Below are positions 1-14,363 of a stretch of DNA of 64,000 bases, piece by piece. This stretch comes from Balanoglossus misakiensis. Taxonomy: Eukaryota; Animalia; Hemichordata. A program made the position numbers and the translations under genes. Location: contig CM082578.2 in assembly GCA_040954595.2 (NCBI GenBank), forward strand, positions 10,981,166 to 11,045,165, in the 5' to 3' direction. Under the pieces are notes generated by a model that was not told where the DNA came from, made no database searches, and saw only the letters and a list, made by a program, of their open reading frames with translations. The stretch's first letter is position 1; every line of letters starts with the position of its first letter.

Positions 1-199
1 GTTGCGAACACACACAAAAATATGAGACAAAATGTCAGACGTGATCGACTCCTCAGTGCCAAGTTGGTTTGATGCGCCGGGACGCTGAGTTCCAATGTAC
101 AGGTTCTTGTTAAGAAAAATAAAGTCTTGACGATCGCGTATGGTTGATGCGATGATCGGATAAATTCGACCGGTGGTGCTTCCTCTATCTCGGCTTTCG

Positions 200-380
200 A
201 TAGTGTGACTGTGTCCGATGCTTTGCAACTGTATTTAAAATTTAATAATCAGGCCGAGTGATAAGCGCACGAGCCGAAGGCGCCATCCCAGACACTTCGG
301 GAATGCTTGGGCGATTCCATTCTCCGCATACCTCAGAGGTGAGTCAAGGGGACCACTTTTCCAGGATTGCCCGCTTCCGA
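200..380 (-). promoter_or_regulatory. Possible promoter of a minus-strand gene lying left of the window
   Basis: Minus-strand TTTAAATA at about 232-239, with cagtcac about 25 nt downstream. Clustered TGAGTCA (AP-1), GGAATG and TTCC motifs lie upstream. Motif evidence only. Confidence 0.25.
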
Positions 381-3300
381 GTGTCTCTTCCGTCGCAAAA
401 GAGCGTCCGTAACCGCGACATGGGACCTCCATCACCGCGCACTTCCGACAGCGAACGCATTGGAGCTGTGCGTGTGTGTGAGAACCAGCGGAGGGCTCGC
501 CACATGCGTGCTAGTCAAATATTCCGCCGGGGAGACTGAGATTGACAAGGTTCTTCAAAGTTGATGCGGCTATTAATGTCCACTTTGAAGGGTGTCAATT
601 GTTGTGAGGTATGTCTATTAAACGTCCCCAAAACAAGTTGAGGAATTCCGACCCCCTTGTCAACTAAAAAAACCCGCATAGAATAGAGCCGAATTTGTTT
701 GCATCGACCGGGCCCAGTGTTCATACGTCTAACTGACAGTTTTCTTTTCACGCGGTGCGCACAGACCCAACATTTTTTTTATGGGAATACTTTAAAAAGC
801 GATATGACTGGAGTGTTTAGAGTCCTATTTGTTAATGTCACCCCCTAATGAGATTCCAGCCCAACAATGGTGCTTCCGCATTCTTGGCGAGTTTCCACAC
901 AGCGGGGATGAGTTGGCGGAGCCCCACAGTATAGTGAAGCGGGTCATACGTCAGCGAGCAGGGGAGCACGTGGCCGTGTGAAAACGTTCGCACGGTGTCA
1001 ACTATAAACAAGAAAAAACACTTTTCAGCGTCGAAGCCTCGGGTTTGGACGATTCGCGAAGACACCCGAAAAACCACTGATTGCCGTGTGGTCGAATATC
1101 AACTTAATTAAAATTTCACTAACAAAACAGAAAGTTTTAAAAACTTAAAATTTTACCCCCCTCCCCCCTCCCCCCCCCGCCTTTAATTTATTCTGTACTA
1201 TTTTCACTTCTGCAACATTGAATAAGATGTATTTGCAGATTTAAAAAAAAATTACGCTTGAACTCCCCAAGGTCAAGCATTTGTGCGGATCGTGGTGTCA
1301 TCCTACAGAACCCTTGAAAACACGTGACTACATCATGAGATCATTTTTATCCCATTATATCAATGACGTTTGAAAAATACGACAAAAAAGTCATGAGTAT
1401 AGCGTATGGATGCACTTCAAACCGACGGCAATTGTAAACAATATATTCCGGATTACAGTGAAGTTGCCTCCAATTTATCTACATGTATAGTTTACTAGTA
1501 CACCATTTTGGAATTGAAATGCACGAGTTTGAAAGGAGACAGGATATTAGTGTGAATTTGTGTGGGTAATCTAAAGATCACGACATAAGATTGGAATACA
1601 GGTATGACTGGCGCCTCATTCGTTCTCGTGTGAAAATCATCTACTTTGAAATCCGTCCGCACATCCCCCGCGCCACAAGGCAAACGACAACAAAAACAAA
1701 CTGTGTAATTTTGATATTTTCCCACACTATTTCTAAGGATATTGATCAGTCTTTTACTATACAAGGAGGTCGCTCCGAGATGCTCTTGTTTATCCGGAGA
1801 GGGAAATGGTTGAGTCTGCTTAGCGACACTCCCATGCAATTGTCGTGGTTGAATTCTTGTTGGTTTTTCGACTTCGTCATGCTGCCCGTCTGACACGCGC
1901 CGGAAGTGCGCTATAAATATTGGTGTGGGGGACACCGGCCACCGAATAAGAGATCACTAGCACACGATAGGTACCGCCGGTCGCCGCACCACCCGTCGGT
2001 ATTGGCCGTCTAAAACTCGCCAGACGATAAATGTAGGTTTGCTAAAGACAATGCCCCATGTGCGTGGACAAAACAACAACAAAAAAAACGAACGAAAAAA
2101 TGTGGCCTCGAATCGTCGAGAAGCGGTTGAGAGACAATGGGGGAGATGAGATCTCCAGACAGTGAGAACGACGAAGAGAATAGACGCACACCGGATGCTT
2201 TTACGGGGACAACAAGAATATTTTTGGAGTTCGCAAATAAGGTGCTTTTATACTTTAATCGAGAAATTTCACCTATGGCATACAATTACGCAAAGTTAAA
2301 GGTCAGAAAAGAGTGCCAAGGCCCGCCATTGTCTGGCATGTGCATTTTTATTGAAGCACATTGTGCAAGTGTATGAATACCATCCAAAAAGTAATGTTCT
2401 TTAGTGTAAATCTGACTTGAGCATTGTCCCTTTGATTCGCTTCGGTCGGAGGGTGCGTTTGTTGCTGTTTGAATGCTCATCGGCGGGTAATTATTCCATC
2501 TGTAATAATCGGTGGAACCCGAGAGCTCCAAAGAGCTCCTTTTTTGATTGACAAGGGAGAAGACGCTGGCATGCAGCTCGCGGCCACCTCGTTGGACTTC
2601 TGAAACCTCTGCCATATCAAGTGTATGATGACTTGTTTTGATTTATGGGCACAGGGGCCGAACGCAGCAGCGATGACAAAAGAACAAAGTTGTTTGCAGT
2701 CCACAAAAGACCGGGCTGACTCCCTTTTATTTGGCAAGGCCCGAACGGAAATGTTTGGCATATTTTCTGACAGTATAGTCTGCATGATACCTTCTCGAGT
2801 GATGTTTACTGCTAGTACAGGGCAGACATGCCCGCCGGTGCAGTGCAGTTTCCGATGTCCGCCTGACCGTTCTCTGCCATTCCACGTCTCCCCGGGTTAC
2901 CGTTTACGTGGCCACACCCACCCAACAGTTTACGGCCACCAAGCAGTTACGGCCGTGGCCATACACCATATTTGGGATGGCGTCATCACCAACTGCGGCT
3001 TCCGTCATCTCGGCAAACATGTTAATCGAGTACTAAATGGGGTTAATCGGCGTCGGTGGTTTTTGCGTCTATCACTGCGGCACACGTAGCGAGCCCGCCC
3101 GATAACGGACATTTTTCGAATTCGTCTCGACTCAGTGATTTACCGCGATCTTTTTTGGTGTGTGCGTGGAGCGGCTAAAAATAACTGGGGAAAAGGTCCC
3201 CAGGGGAAAATTAAAATAATCGCGTAAAATTGCTGAGTCATGATGTTTTACTCAAACCCGAGGACACTGCATGCAATACCGCACTGGTTGTTTACAAAAT

Positions 3301-5760
3301 CGATTGCAGGCCACTCGACATTCATACATTCCTCAACACATCTATTGGATTCAAAACGATACAAAAGACAATATTGCAAAATACAAAGAAAACAAGCTTA
3401 AAGATCTATCCGAAGATCGCTCGAAACGGGAAAAGCTACCCGTAACGTAACAAAAAGTGTAATTAATGAGTTTTAATAAACTCGTCTCCAGTTGTTTACA
3501 GAAAATATGTATCGAAGTGTTTCATTTCACAAATATGTTGACACTAAGCTGGTATGCGGCCGATGGGAGGGACTCCGTTTATCACGTTACCGCCCGGTTT
3601 TATCGTATCTCACTAAACACTCACGAATTTTCTGATGTCGTTTCATTTTTCGGCTAATATGGTATCAAACAGTATAGCATTAAAACGTTTCGGCAAACTT
3701 TATATCGAGTTTTTTGTCCTGAGCGAAAATCCGCTTATGCGAATCATCTCAACATTTAAGTTAGTCGCATTGTAAGTTGTGAAAATGTTTCTAAAAGAGA
3801 GTAAAATCTCAAATCTATCATTTATTTTAATTTCCTAACGAAATTTGAACTCAATTATTGTTAATACGGTTTTGTACAATTTTCCTAGAATCGTACCCAT
3901 TTCAACCCACGCGAAAATTAAATAGCCCACCAAACCGAGATATAAAGAGTTTATATCGTGTGGCTAAATTTGTACCCCACTTCCGAAGACCGGCCGCGAT
4001 GAATGGAAAACTAAAAATAATTATGAATATTCCATCGATAACATTGGAATTCTTTCCCTCGTGATCATCAAGACCCGGAGCTTTGTGGATTTTTCGAGTT
4101 CCCACCCCGCGATTCCGGATTTGATATTCTACACATGGTCATTTTCCGCCGTGCCTGAGTGCTCGCGTGGCTTGAAACAACACAGAAGCTGAAATTTTGA
4201 CAGCTAACAGACACCGCGAAGTTTTTGATTTGCGAGCTTGTCAAATCAGTCCACTTCCGCGCTGAAATTAACGAGCCGTCGGCAGCAGCGCCACCAATCC
4301 TATATTTCGGGGAACTCTTTCGTTGCGTTGTCGGGTGTCAAAATAGAGGGCGGTATTTTCTCCGCTTCGTTGGCGCCGAAGACAGCAGGGACCATTTCAT
4401 GAAAGTTCCACAAAACTCATACCCCGGATTCTCCACCAAAATAGGGTAGAGGGAGATTCCCAGCTCTTAAACTGCTTATGTTTCACGCGAGATAAAAAAA
4501 GAAATATGACATCGTCGAAATTCTGAGAAAGGGCAATGTCATGTCCTTCATTTGACAGGGCACATTCCATGTCACCCGAGTTGCCAATTACTCGCGGACA
4601 AAAGAGTTTTTTTTCTTTCAAAGGTCATCACTACACTGGTCGGAATAGCTCGCCCATCCATCCAAGACAAACGTTGACCTCACCTGTGTGCGTGTGAGGA
4701 ATGCATCTTATCCTCTTTGGAATCTCTGGACGAATAGAATGCAGTCTCCTGTTTTATCAATGAGGATGGAATGTTATAAATAAAAAAAAATAAAAAAGAG
4801 GACTTCGTGATATTCAGACACGTGCACAAGGGCCCCTCTCCACTGAATAGCAAACGAGCCACTATCATTGACGATGCCTGGTTCGGTTGACTGACCTGCG
4901 GCCAATGTTTTATAGTTACGGCGCCAGTAGGGGTCATAAAAACGGTAAACAATTTGTGTTCTTGTTCAATGTACCGAAATATCTTCCACGTGGCTTGGTC
5001 GGAGGGATATTACGAGCGGAAAGGGGTCTCGCGCACGTTTGTTGGTTCCCACGATACAGTCAAACGACGTGGATGACGATTTTAAAAATAAGATTTACAA
5101 TATTACAATTCACCTACAGCCATCGCTGCAGTTTACGTTGATTGATTTGAGATACGGTAAAAACGCCGCTTCTGGGGCTGTATGTAGTGTCAAACCAATA
5201 CAATACATGACTGCCATGCCGTTCCTCCTCCCCCACCTCCCACGCCCTCTACCCCCTCCCCTCCCTACTAGCTCACACGTGCCCGATCGAATTCCGAGCG
5301 ACAGTTGAGTGACCGCCTGGTCATTGATGGGCTCCGTCGCTGCGCAACAGTCTCCCCGGGCTCTTCCACGACCGACAATAAAGCATATCTCCGTTGTCGC
5401 CCATGGTTCCAATTCAGATCACGTCCACCCACTCAGATTTCTCTCTACTTGACGTCTATGGCCAACGTCATTAATAGGTTATGTTCACCAGGTGAAAGGA
5501 GGGGAGGTCCGGGCCGGAAGGTGTCTTTTTGGCATAAATATCTCTCCTTTTGTGAATGCACCGGTTACACATTCCCAAAATGTTCACACCCCTCCACCCC
5601 TTCAGGGCTTCCATTAATGTTGAAGTCCCAAACAAAAGTGCACAGACAAGTTAAGTACATACATACATACATGTATCCGACATTCGAAAGAATGTAGCTT
5701 CAAGATTGGACGTGTCTCATTCAACACAAGATCTTATATCATGACAAAATATATTTGGTT

Positions 5761-5940
5761 CTCGTTATCTATCCCTTCTTTAATGATGCTTGAAAGGTCG
5801 CGGTTTAAAAAAATGTACTTTATCGAAAGAAACATTCATTCCGTTGCAGGGGTTCAAAATCAGAGGTTATATAGACCACAGGAACATTTTTTTTCGTTAT
5901 CTACACTCGTTCTTCAATGATGCTTGAAAGGTCGAGGTTT
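5761..5940. repeat. Imperfect ~50-bp direct repeat
   Basis: tcgttatcta...ttctt(t/c)aatgatgcttgaaaggtcg(c/a)ggttt at about 5762 and 5894. Confidence 0.8.
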
Positions 5941-8268
5941 TTTTTATAAAAAAACACGATAAAAATCAGACTGAGGCAAATTCCATTAACGTCTATTCCC
6001 ATTGTGAGTACTTGAGAGACAAAATATTCAAAAAAGGAAACCCGCTTATAAAGTATAGCAAGCAGATATAAGCGCCCCGGTTGTAATCATGGCAACGGGG
6101 CCTCATTATATTACAGATCTCTGAAGATGTCAACTCTTAACATCTGCGCAAATGAACTGTCTGTTCCGTGGAATTTAGTTCCGAAAGAAATCATTAAAAG
6201 GTTCAGCGCAATTGCAGAGCACACTGTCTCCGCGTATCCAAGTCACTCGCTTCGTGTTCAGTTGTTGATGAAATTAAATTTCCACGTGAATGTAAACCGA
6301 CTTGTAAGTCTTCTTTCAATTTGAGCTTGCGCAAGGTGGGCCCTGACATCACGTATTTTGGCAATGAGAAATTCATACTGTCGTCGATTGGGGTCGCTAC
6401 ACTGGGGAACGTTCGTGCTTCGCCCCTTCTTTAAGCTGGGGTTACGTGGAGGTCAAAAACGGTCTGAACTCTGGTTTGCCTACATGGCGAGAGTGCACTG
6501 AACGAGTGTAGCGACTCCTGTACGCCTAACCTGTTTACTAATACACGTATCACTTACAGACCTACACATCGAGTTATTAAGAAACCCATGTGATTTTTTG
6601 TTACTTTAGGCAAGACCTTCGCTGGATGTAGAAAATGATATCTTCTCATCAACTCTGCAATCAAGCTGCGAAGATCAAATTCACTTATAGTACAGGGTTT
6701 TGGATCATCTAGTCAGTCAGACGATACGATGACGTACATACCGCGAACGTACCCGGCTTGCGGATATGCGGTTTCGTGGCTACTGTGTAAAACGAGCCAC
6801 ATAATATACGCGTTTAGATGTTTTTTTTCAGGCACATAATAAAGCTTGCATTTCAGATATTCGCCAAGAACATAAAAATGAGGACACTTTCTTTAGACTA
6901 AAATGTCAAAAAACACTAACGTCTATTAATATTTACAATTGATTTCACGAAATTCCCCAATTACAATTACTGAATCATTTAATGCAAATTACTGGGACAT
7001 TTTCTCTTCAGATTTGACACCCACCGCGATGTCGTCACATATATTTGTGGGTGGGTTCATTTTTTGGTCAAATTTGGTTTTGTTTCACTAAATATGTAAA
7101 CGAAACATAAAATATGTTCGGGTCAAAAACACGTATGTTTTTTATGTCAGCGACACACTGAGAAGGCCACTGTCAAGGTATAATGAGCCGCTCATTCGAA
7201 CACTGACCCGGCTTTACAATGCCAGGGAAGTCAGGAAAGTATTTGAATAATAAATACGTAATGGCGACCTAGCTGACAGGTGTATATGCAAATTGCAAGT
7301 GTCGCATCTGATGGCTGTCATCGAAGGTGGTAATAAGCTTCGAGGTCGCTATTGTGACAAGAATATGAATAGACGTGCTTCCTAATATAACAGAACCGAC
7401 AGAAATTGAACAATTTAAGACAAAGTGAGCCCAATGCCACCAGGATCTCTCCAAGTTCGAAAGTTTGAAAGACGATAAAGGGTTGAAAGGAAATTACACT
7501 CGGAATATTTCTTTTGAATAGTGAGGGTTTCTTGTCTAATTTTTGGGTCCACACAAATTATGTGATACATGGAACGAGGGGCTGTCTCTGGTGATATTTA
7601 CTCGATAATTATTCTAATAAAAAATAATCGCTTCTGTTTGCGCCCGGACATTATCAATGGAGGCAATTTCGCAAAATATGCCCGTGTGTGTTTTGAAACC
7701 CCATCGCATGAGGGCGCACAAAGAGGCTCCCCAGCGTGGCTTCAATGACTCGGTTGTAATCGGTGTAGCACAGAACCTTGAAAAAATTATAATTACCCCA
7801 GCAGATTGACCGAATTACCCCTTTCCCTTGTTAAATGACATTGTAAGTACACCCACAGCATGTGTTTAGTCGGAAAGGGCGAAGCGTTGCCTCTACGTGT
7901 CGTGGGATCTGATCAGATTGTTATATCGTGATTTCGAAAAAAAACTGTGTCCGCTGTCTATATTGATGGATTTTGCCGTTGAGACAGTCAATCTTAAATG
8001 CCGGAGCTCAGCGCATGCTGCCTCAAGCTGGTGAAAAATTCAAAACGCTGATTACATACATTGACAGGGAATTATTAGATGGTATAGCTACAACATTGTG
8101 AAGGCGTGGGATTTCGATCCTGGGGAAGGGAGTCGCGCAGTGTGCACGAAGGTGGACGTGCGCCGGCTGTATGTCCGTTGGTCACGGTGTTTCTTCTGTT
8201 AGAGTGAGCAGCATGGGGTCACTGTATACTGAAAGAGCAGGTGTCCGAATTTTTCGGCCATACCCCGT

Positions 8269-8921
8269 TGTTACGACACGCTGGCCGTTCAGTTCCGAAA
8301 CAGGGCAGTGAGCAAAAGTAGACTTATTGAATGGCTCGCTTTGGTGAACCAACCAGCGCAGCACGCAACAAAGACGGTCAACAATAGGCACACCACACGT
8401 TATTTCCTTGCTTATGGAAACTTTTAATTACTACAACTAAACATTGGTAAATATAAAATGACTGTACACTGAGAAAAAAACACAGTAAAATTAATCACTA
8501 CCTTAAATGTGACCAGGAGTGGGAAATGAAAGACTAAAGTCCAAAGTTCTGTAGCGTACGACGAACGCGACCAGCACCACGGCAGTCCCAACAGCGACGT
8601 TCAGTCCGAGTAGCGTTCTGGCACAATTCCCTGGTAGACGGCACGGCTTTCGGACGAATCCCCCATGAGGTAGCACGACTTCTGGGCGCGGTTTCCAGAC
8701 CAGTGTATCAGGAAATAAGGCACAGCTTCCAAGCCGGCGAGGAACAGAACAGCTCACACGGGCAAGTCCAAATAAGTAGCTACGCCGCAACACAACGTGC
8801 GGGCTTTTTATATGGGGAAAATAATGAATGCACCACACCTGGTCACGTTAATATTCAAATTACGAAAGTAAGCTAAAACACACCTGGTCACAAAACAACA
8901 GCAAACTTCTCCTACGTAACA
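8269..8921 (-). mobile_element. Solo LTR (Gypsy-like), 653 bp
   Basis: Termini TGTTACG...CGTAACA form a perfect 7-bp inverted repeat. Flanked by 4-bp TSD CCGT (8265-8268 and 8922-8925). Minus-strand TATAAAA at 8812-8806 and ATTAAA at 8428-8423 are in U3-R order. Confidence 0.8.
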
Positions 8922-9420
8922 CCGTCCCTAACATCAGAAAGCTTTCCCCTCTAACCAAGCACAGATAAATGTATAGCCAGTCCATACACACTACTGTTCC
9001 ATAATCTTTTGCCAAACTGGGTGTTCCTCCAACAACTACATTTAGGCCCACGGGTAATTTTGAAAAGGAAATTGGAAAGTGTGCCCGCAGACGCGAATCT
9101 TATCGTCTCAGACAGACCGAGATCTTGCTTCTCGTTTAACTGCCCAGGTTGACTTCCCGGAAGTCATCCTTTTTGCATTCGGGGTCACAGAGGTTATGCA
9201 TCTAGCTTTCCGTTTCCGGTTCCCTAGTATGCTGATTGACAATGGATGGAATTTCAATTCGGGATAGTAACAAGCAAGAAACGAGTCTTCATACACGTGA
9301 AACATTGCATGCTGACAACGTGGCTGCTGGGCCAGCCTTGGGTACCAATGACTCGAACACTATCAAGTTGCAGTCAGACCGAGTTTATAATACATGAGAG
9401 TACAATGTACATCGATAGTA

Positions 9421-9600
9421 TAACACAAACCACGAGTATCTAAGTACTAACTAACTAACTAACTGACTGACTGACTGACTAACTAAATAAAACAGTTAAA
9501 ACACAAACCACGAGTAACTAAGTACTAGCTAACTAACTAAATAACAGACTGAATGACTGACTGACGCACACCCACACGCACACACACGCACGCACGCACA
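9421..9600. repeat. Duplicated aacacaaaccacgagta..taagtacta unit with (CTAA)n/(CTGA)n/(CA,CG)n microsatellites
   Basis: Unit at about 9422 and 9499, each followed by tetranucleotide runs. Confidence 0.8.
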
Positions 9601-11499
9601 ATGTATTCATGTGACTGGTGGACCATGTACATGACGCAGTAACTAGTGTTGACTACCAACTATAGCTGACTGTCCGATCGACTGTCTCATCGACCTGCAC
9701 CATGACAACGACTTTCCACGGGGCAAACTGCTCGTCTATAGCCACAGATGGCACCTGAGTGTAACCATAGACAGTGCATCTGAGTGAAAGAATTTGCTTC
9801 AAAGATAGCATTTCCAACTACTCTAATTGGCTCGTTTGGAAACCGGCGCTGGCGCAGCTCAATCACCTTCTGGAGATTTCAAGACACCCGTAAGACTACC
9901 AATTAATTGCACAGTGATTTGACGTGCGGTGTGTTTTTTTGTTATCTTACCATGGTAAGATTTAGTAATTCTAAAAAGCTGAATCATAATCCACGCTGCA
10001 GTGAAACATATCTGAGAGTCGCCAAAATATTTAGTATGAAAATAGTAACAAAAAGATTAAGAACCTCCTGAATGTCAATCAACTGCATGAATATTAATTA
10101 CATCCCGGCATTACTTCAAGCCCGACGAGGGCCCTTACATGTACATGTATATAACCTTGTTGGATCGGAATGAGAATGCAGATGAGGTGATATTCTCAAC
10201 TGCAGACGCTGGGAGATCGTGGCTCGATATGAAGCGACAATCTATGATACATCGCCAACGCTATCCAGAGTCAATTTGCGAAAACAATTAAACCCCTGAC
10301 TCTCAGAAGGGAAGCTGGTAATTTCCGATGGTTGCCATGGAATCGGTGCCGCGTCCAACTGCTGATTCTGATTTACGGGTGGTGTGATGATATTGGCGAT
10401 GTGTGCATTGTGGAGGTATGACGGGACGGGTGACAAGGAGGCCGGGTACGGGGTGACAAGGTTTCACTATTAAACTGACACGACAGTCACTTATGGCCTC
10501 TGCGGCAAGTCGTTACAAGATTATGGGGGAATATGAGGGGGGGGGATAAGGAAATAAACATCTTGCAAAGTTGACAATATTTGTTAGCTATCTTGATGAT
10601 CAAGGCACCTGTCTCGTTTTAATGAAAATAGCGTAGAGAGGACTTTATGAATATTTTACAGTCGGCGGTATAGTGCGGTTACAGATCTCTGGACTATGAA
10701 AAACGTCTTTGTGCGATAAAATATGAAAAATTACTTGTGAGCTATCACTGAAGAGTTCTTGGCGGTAAAGGGTAAGATGTTCTTTTAAGGCCGTTTTTTG
10801 TTGTTGTTCCGAATGTCAGCACCTGAAATGTAAGCTTACTTGGCAATGTGTCAGTTTCGACTGTTGCGATCGCAAAAAACTACCTATAATTGCCATTTTT
10901 TTCAGTTTATCTTGACACGTGTGAGCGTTTCTTTTTTCGAGTACTGCTGTGCAAAGCCCGCCTAATATCATCTAATTGGGACATTGAACACCTGCAAAAA
11001 AATTGCAGTCTTTGCGGAGGACGAGTGGAATGTTCGGGTAAATCCGGCAATTCTCCCTACCTTAAATAGGTTTTTGCTACCTAGGTGAGTGATGAAAACC
11101 TCACCTGGTCGACACAATTTCAAGATGGCCGATTTTTGCCATGTTAAGAAATGAAAGCTAATAGTAAGCTAAAGTGATACTGGGTCATCCTGAATCTTTG
11201 TAACAGAAAAATGTGAAAAAAATGAATGAGTTTAATATGCTAACTACAAAGACATATATGACCAAAGGAAGTCCTGAAATACAGTGAGTTGTCGACCTTT
11301 TACCCAGAATGCAATTTGAATGTGATTTGACCCCACAGCATGAAGTAAAAACCTATTTTAGGTAGCCAGAATTGTATCAGCCTGAAAATCGATCAATGGG
11401 CGCGAACATTTGCATGTAGATGATGTGAATTGTCAGTATTCTTGCGGAGGTCATAAAAAAATAAGAATTCAACTCAGCTTACTTGTCAATATTTTAAGA

Positions 11500-11850
11500 A
11501 GGCCGTGTGCCTACAATACGCTCTACATGAAGATTTAATTTTCCGCTGCTTTTATGTGCTTTTTTCTTCCTTTTATACTCTGCTTGATCAAATCCTGCCT
11601 GCAGAAGGTCAGCCTTGATCGAATATGTGTTTTTTTCCTCTTCATGGATATGTACTCTTTCGAATGCACCTGCTCGTTGCAACTCTCCCATACAAATGAT
11701 CCCCGGCGCTCCCCGTAAAAAAAGCGAATGTCGAAGAGATGGAGAAAGGTCTGGATTATGACGGTAATCCCCATTCGAGTCGCTCTACATTCAAAAGTGA
11801 CAACTATAGGAAAAGAAATAAAAAAATCAAAGATTCGCGGCGCCTGGCCT
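11500..11850. repeat. Probable interspersed repeat with degenerate TIRs
   Basis: aggccgtgtgcc...ggcgcctggcct imperfect inverted ends; no TSD seen. Confidence 0.25.
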
Positions 11851-12024
11851 GGGTTTGTTATCATCGAAGTTAGCGCTGAGAACCGTACATTCATGTTGCC
11901 AGGAGATAGATTGTCAGGTTATAGTATAGGTAGTTGTCTGAGACGCATGAAACAGGGTACAGCCGTGTCCAGTTTAAAGCCTATATCCTTTGAAATCTAA
12001 CGAAATGTCTACGTGGGGATGGGG

Positions 12025-12113
12025 TCACTCACTCACTCGCTCACACACACACTCACTCACTCACTCGCTCACTCACTCACTCACTCACTCACTCACTCGC
12101 TCACTCGCTAACT
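12025..12113. repeat. (CACT)n microsatellite, imperfect
   Basis: Read directly. Confidence 0.9.
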
Positions 12114-12642
12114 CAATCAACTAATCGACCGACCGACGCGAAATTTTTCATGGGGAAGGTGAATGGAACTAACTACATGAATAACGTAACCATACATTTC
12201 TGTGTCGTGTATTCGTCTGGTGGCTGTGGCATGGACACATGCCATGAATACCAACTATTGCTGTTAACAGAATACAATCAAAACATTTTTAATAAGCGAC
12301 ATCATGGTAAACTTATTAATATTCAGTAAGGTGGGGATTGGAAAGTACGTTTCCCCTCCAGTTGAAATAGGCATTTCTGAGGCGCAATAAGTACGTCATT
12401 TATATGCCCGTTCTGAGAGAACAAACATACAAATAAGACGCCCACGTATATACATTCAGACGGGGAAATAATCTCATGGTAATAGTAACAGAAAGGAAAT
12501 GTTTAAATGTACTGATTTGGGCATGGGAAATTTGATAGTCTCGACTATCGATGACATTTTTTAATCTCCTAGTTGCGCTGACCACGATTTAGACAGGGGC
12601 ACTCGATACTAATAGGCTTGCATGTAAACACAGGTATACATA

Positions 12643-12910
12643 TACATACATACATACATACATACATACATACATACATACATACATACATACATACATA
12701 CATACATACATACATACATACATACATACATACATACATACATACATACATACATACATACATACATACATACATACATACATACATACATACATACATA
12801 CATACATACATACATACATACATACATACACAGGCACACACACATACCGACAGACAGACAGGCAGACACCCACACACAGAGACACACAGACAGACACACA
12901 GACAGACACA
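12643..12910. repeat. (TACA)47 microsatellite (12643-12830) followed by a CA/GACA compound tract
   Basis: Read directly; explains the MYVC/HTYI pseudo-ORFs. Confidence 0.97.
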
Positions 12911-14357
12911 CCTATATGTAGATACATACATGTACGTCTTGCGAATTAATTTTTAAAAATCTATGGTGTACGTTTGTCGTCAATGTTTGAAAACTTGCCT
13001 GTGGTTACACCTCGGTAATATACAGTATTGCCGAGCATTACTCGCATAAGTTGCTTTTAATTTGATCCCGCCGCATCGACAAACAAAGATACGGCTAATG
13101 GGACTTTGAATATCTGTCCGAAGAGGTGTCGGGAACAGACAGATATTTATTTCACCACTTCCCCATCCCATACTGTTTTCCCTTCTCATCTTCTAACAGA
13201 TGTTAGTGCGAAGGCAAAAGGGATATTTCATGATAAATGAAAAACGCGCAGGAGGATTGTGATTGATGCGACATGTTACGATATACAATTGTCGTGACAT
13301 TTCGTGCATGTCTATAGGGCGAATGCTGATCGGAATATGCCAACATATCGAAGGCGAGACTAATTACATTCGAGCTACTTACACAAATACATCACAACTC
13401 CTTCGATGTACATTCTTATTTACATCGAAGGAGTTGTGCTGCTTGGAAAGTGTAAGTAGCTCGAATATAATTAGTCTCGCCTTCGAGATGTTGAGTTACA
13501 ACAAAAAACACGATAACACAATGATTTGTTCGTCTGAATTTGCAAAAGAAATTGAACCGTGCTCAATCAATGGGAGTCATTGTTTCTCAAGAGATAAAAC
13601 GTCATTGTGCTAACCCTGAGAGCAGTTTTTGAAACTCAACCGGCCATGATCCCAACATTTGCCGCACATCCCGCTGCATTCTACGAAACAGCTCAGCGAA
13701 GTCGCAGGCCGGCCGTCTCCATGGAAACGGATATCGGTCGATGATCACTGGAGGCCCAATCCCTCTACCTCCATGGAAAAACAACCCGCATGCCTCGGAG
13801 ATAACCATACCGAATTATGTGATGAACCCGTATACATTTGTATATTATTTTCTCTAAGAGTGAAACATGCATATTTGGGTGGGGGCGAACTAGTATCATC
13901 GTCTTTATTATGCAGGGCAAGTAAATTTCAGTCTGAACAGAATATGTGGACATGTATACTGATTCAAAGAGAAGAGTGACAAGCGTTTGCATGTCTTGAA
14001 AACACAGTTTCTTCATGCCAGCCACCGCCGCGATCGGTTAGAGATCGAGAAGAGGTTAATAACATGTTGAGGGGAAAACAACAGGCTTATTTTCACCCGA
14101 ATCACGAATTGCTGTGCACTTTTCGTGATGTACGAGCGTTCACAGTTTGACAGAGCTAGAGTAGGTGGCAGTATGCATGCAGATTCACCGGGGGGGGGGG
14201 GGGGGGGTCACCCATTTTTCCATTTTCAATGGGGGAGAGATCAGTCACTTTTTGATATCCACAAAATAGAATCCACCGGCCCCCAGGCCAAAAAACTGAC
14301 CAGTCTCTTATGCCAGTGGTATAAACACGGAAAGCTCAAGATTTCAGTGACAACATT

Positions 14358-14363
14358 TTTATT
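14358..14363 (-). terminator. Candidate poly(A) signal (AATAAA) of the SREB gene
   Basis: tttatt on the + strand, about 700 nt downstream of the stop. Confidence 0.4.

Noticed and set aside
8570-8590. RE1/NRSE-like cagcaccacggcag in the LTR, and ttcagcacc in the SREB CDS
   Set aside because: The right half-site GGACAG is absent in both.
12569-12956. ORFs with MYVC/HTYI repeats
   Set aside because: Translations of the (TACA)n microsatellite.
14189-14207. Poly-G/poly-C runs (also about 1156, 27088, 34436, 50498)
   Set aside because: Simple homopolymers scattered through the window with no specific context.
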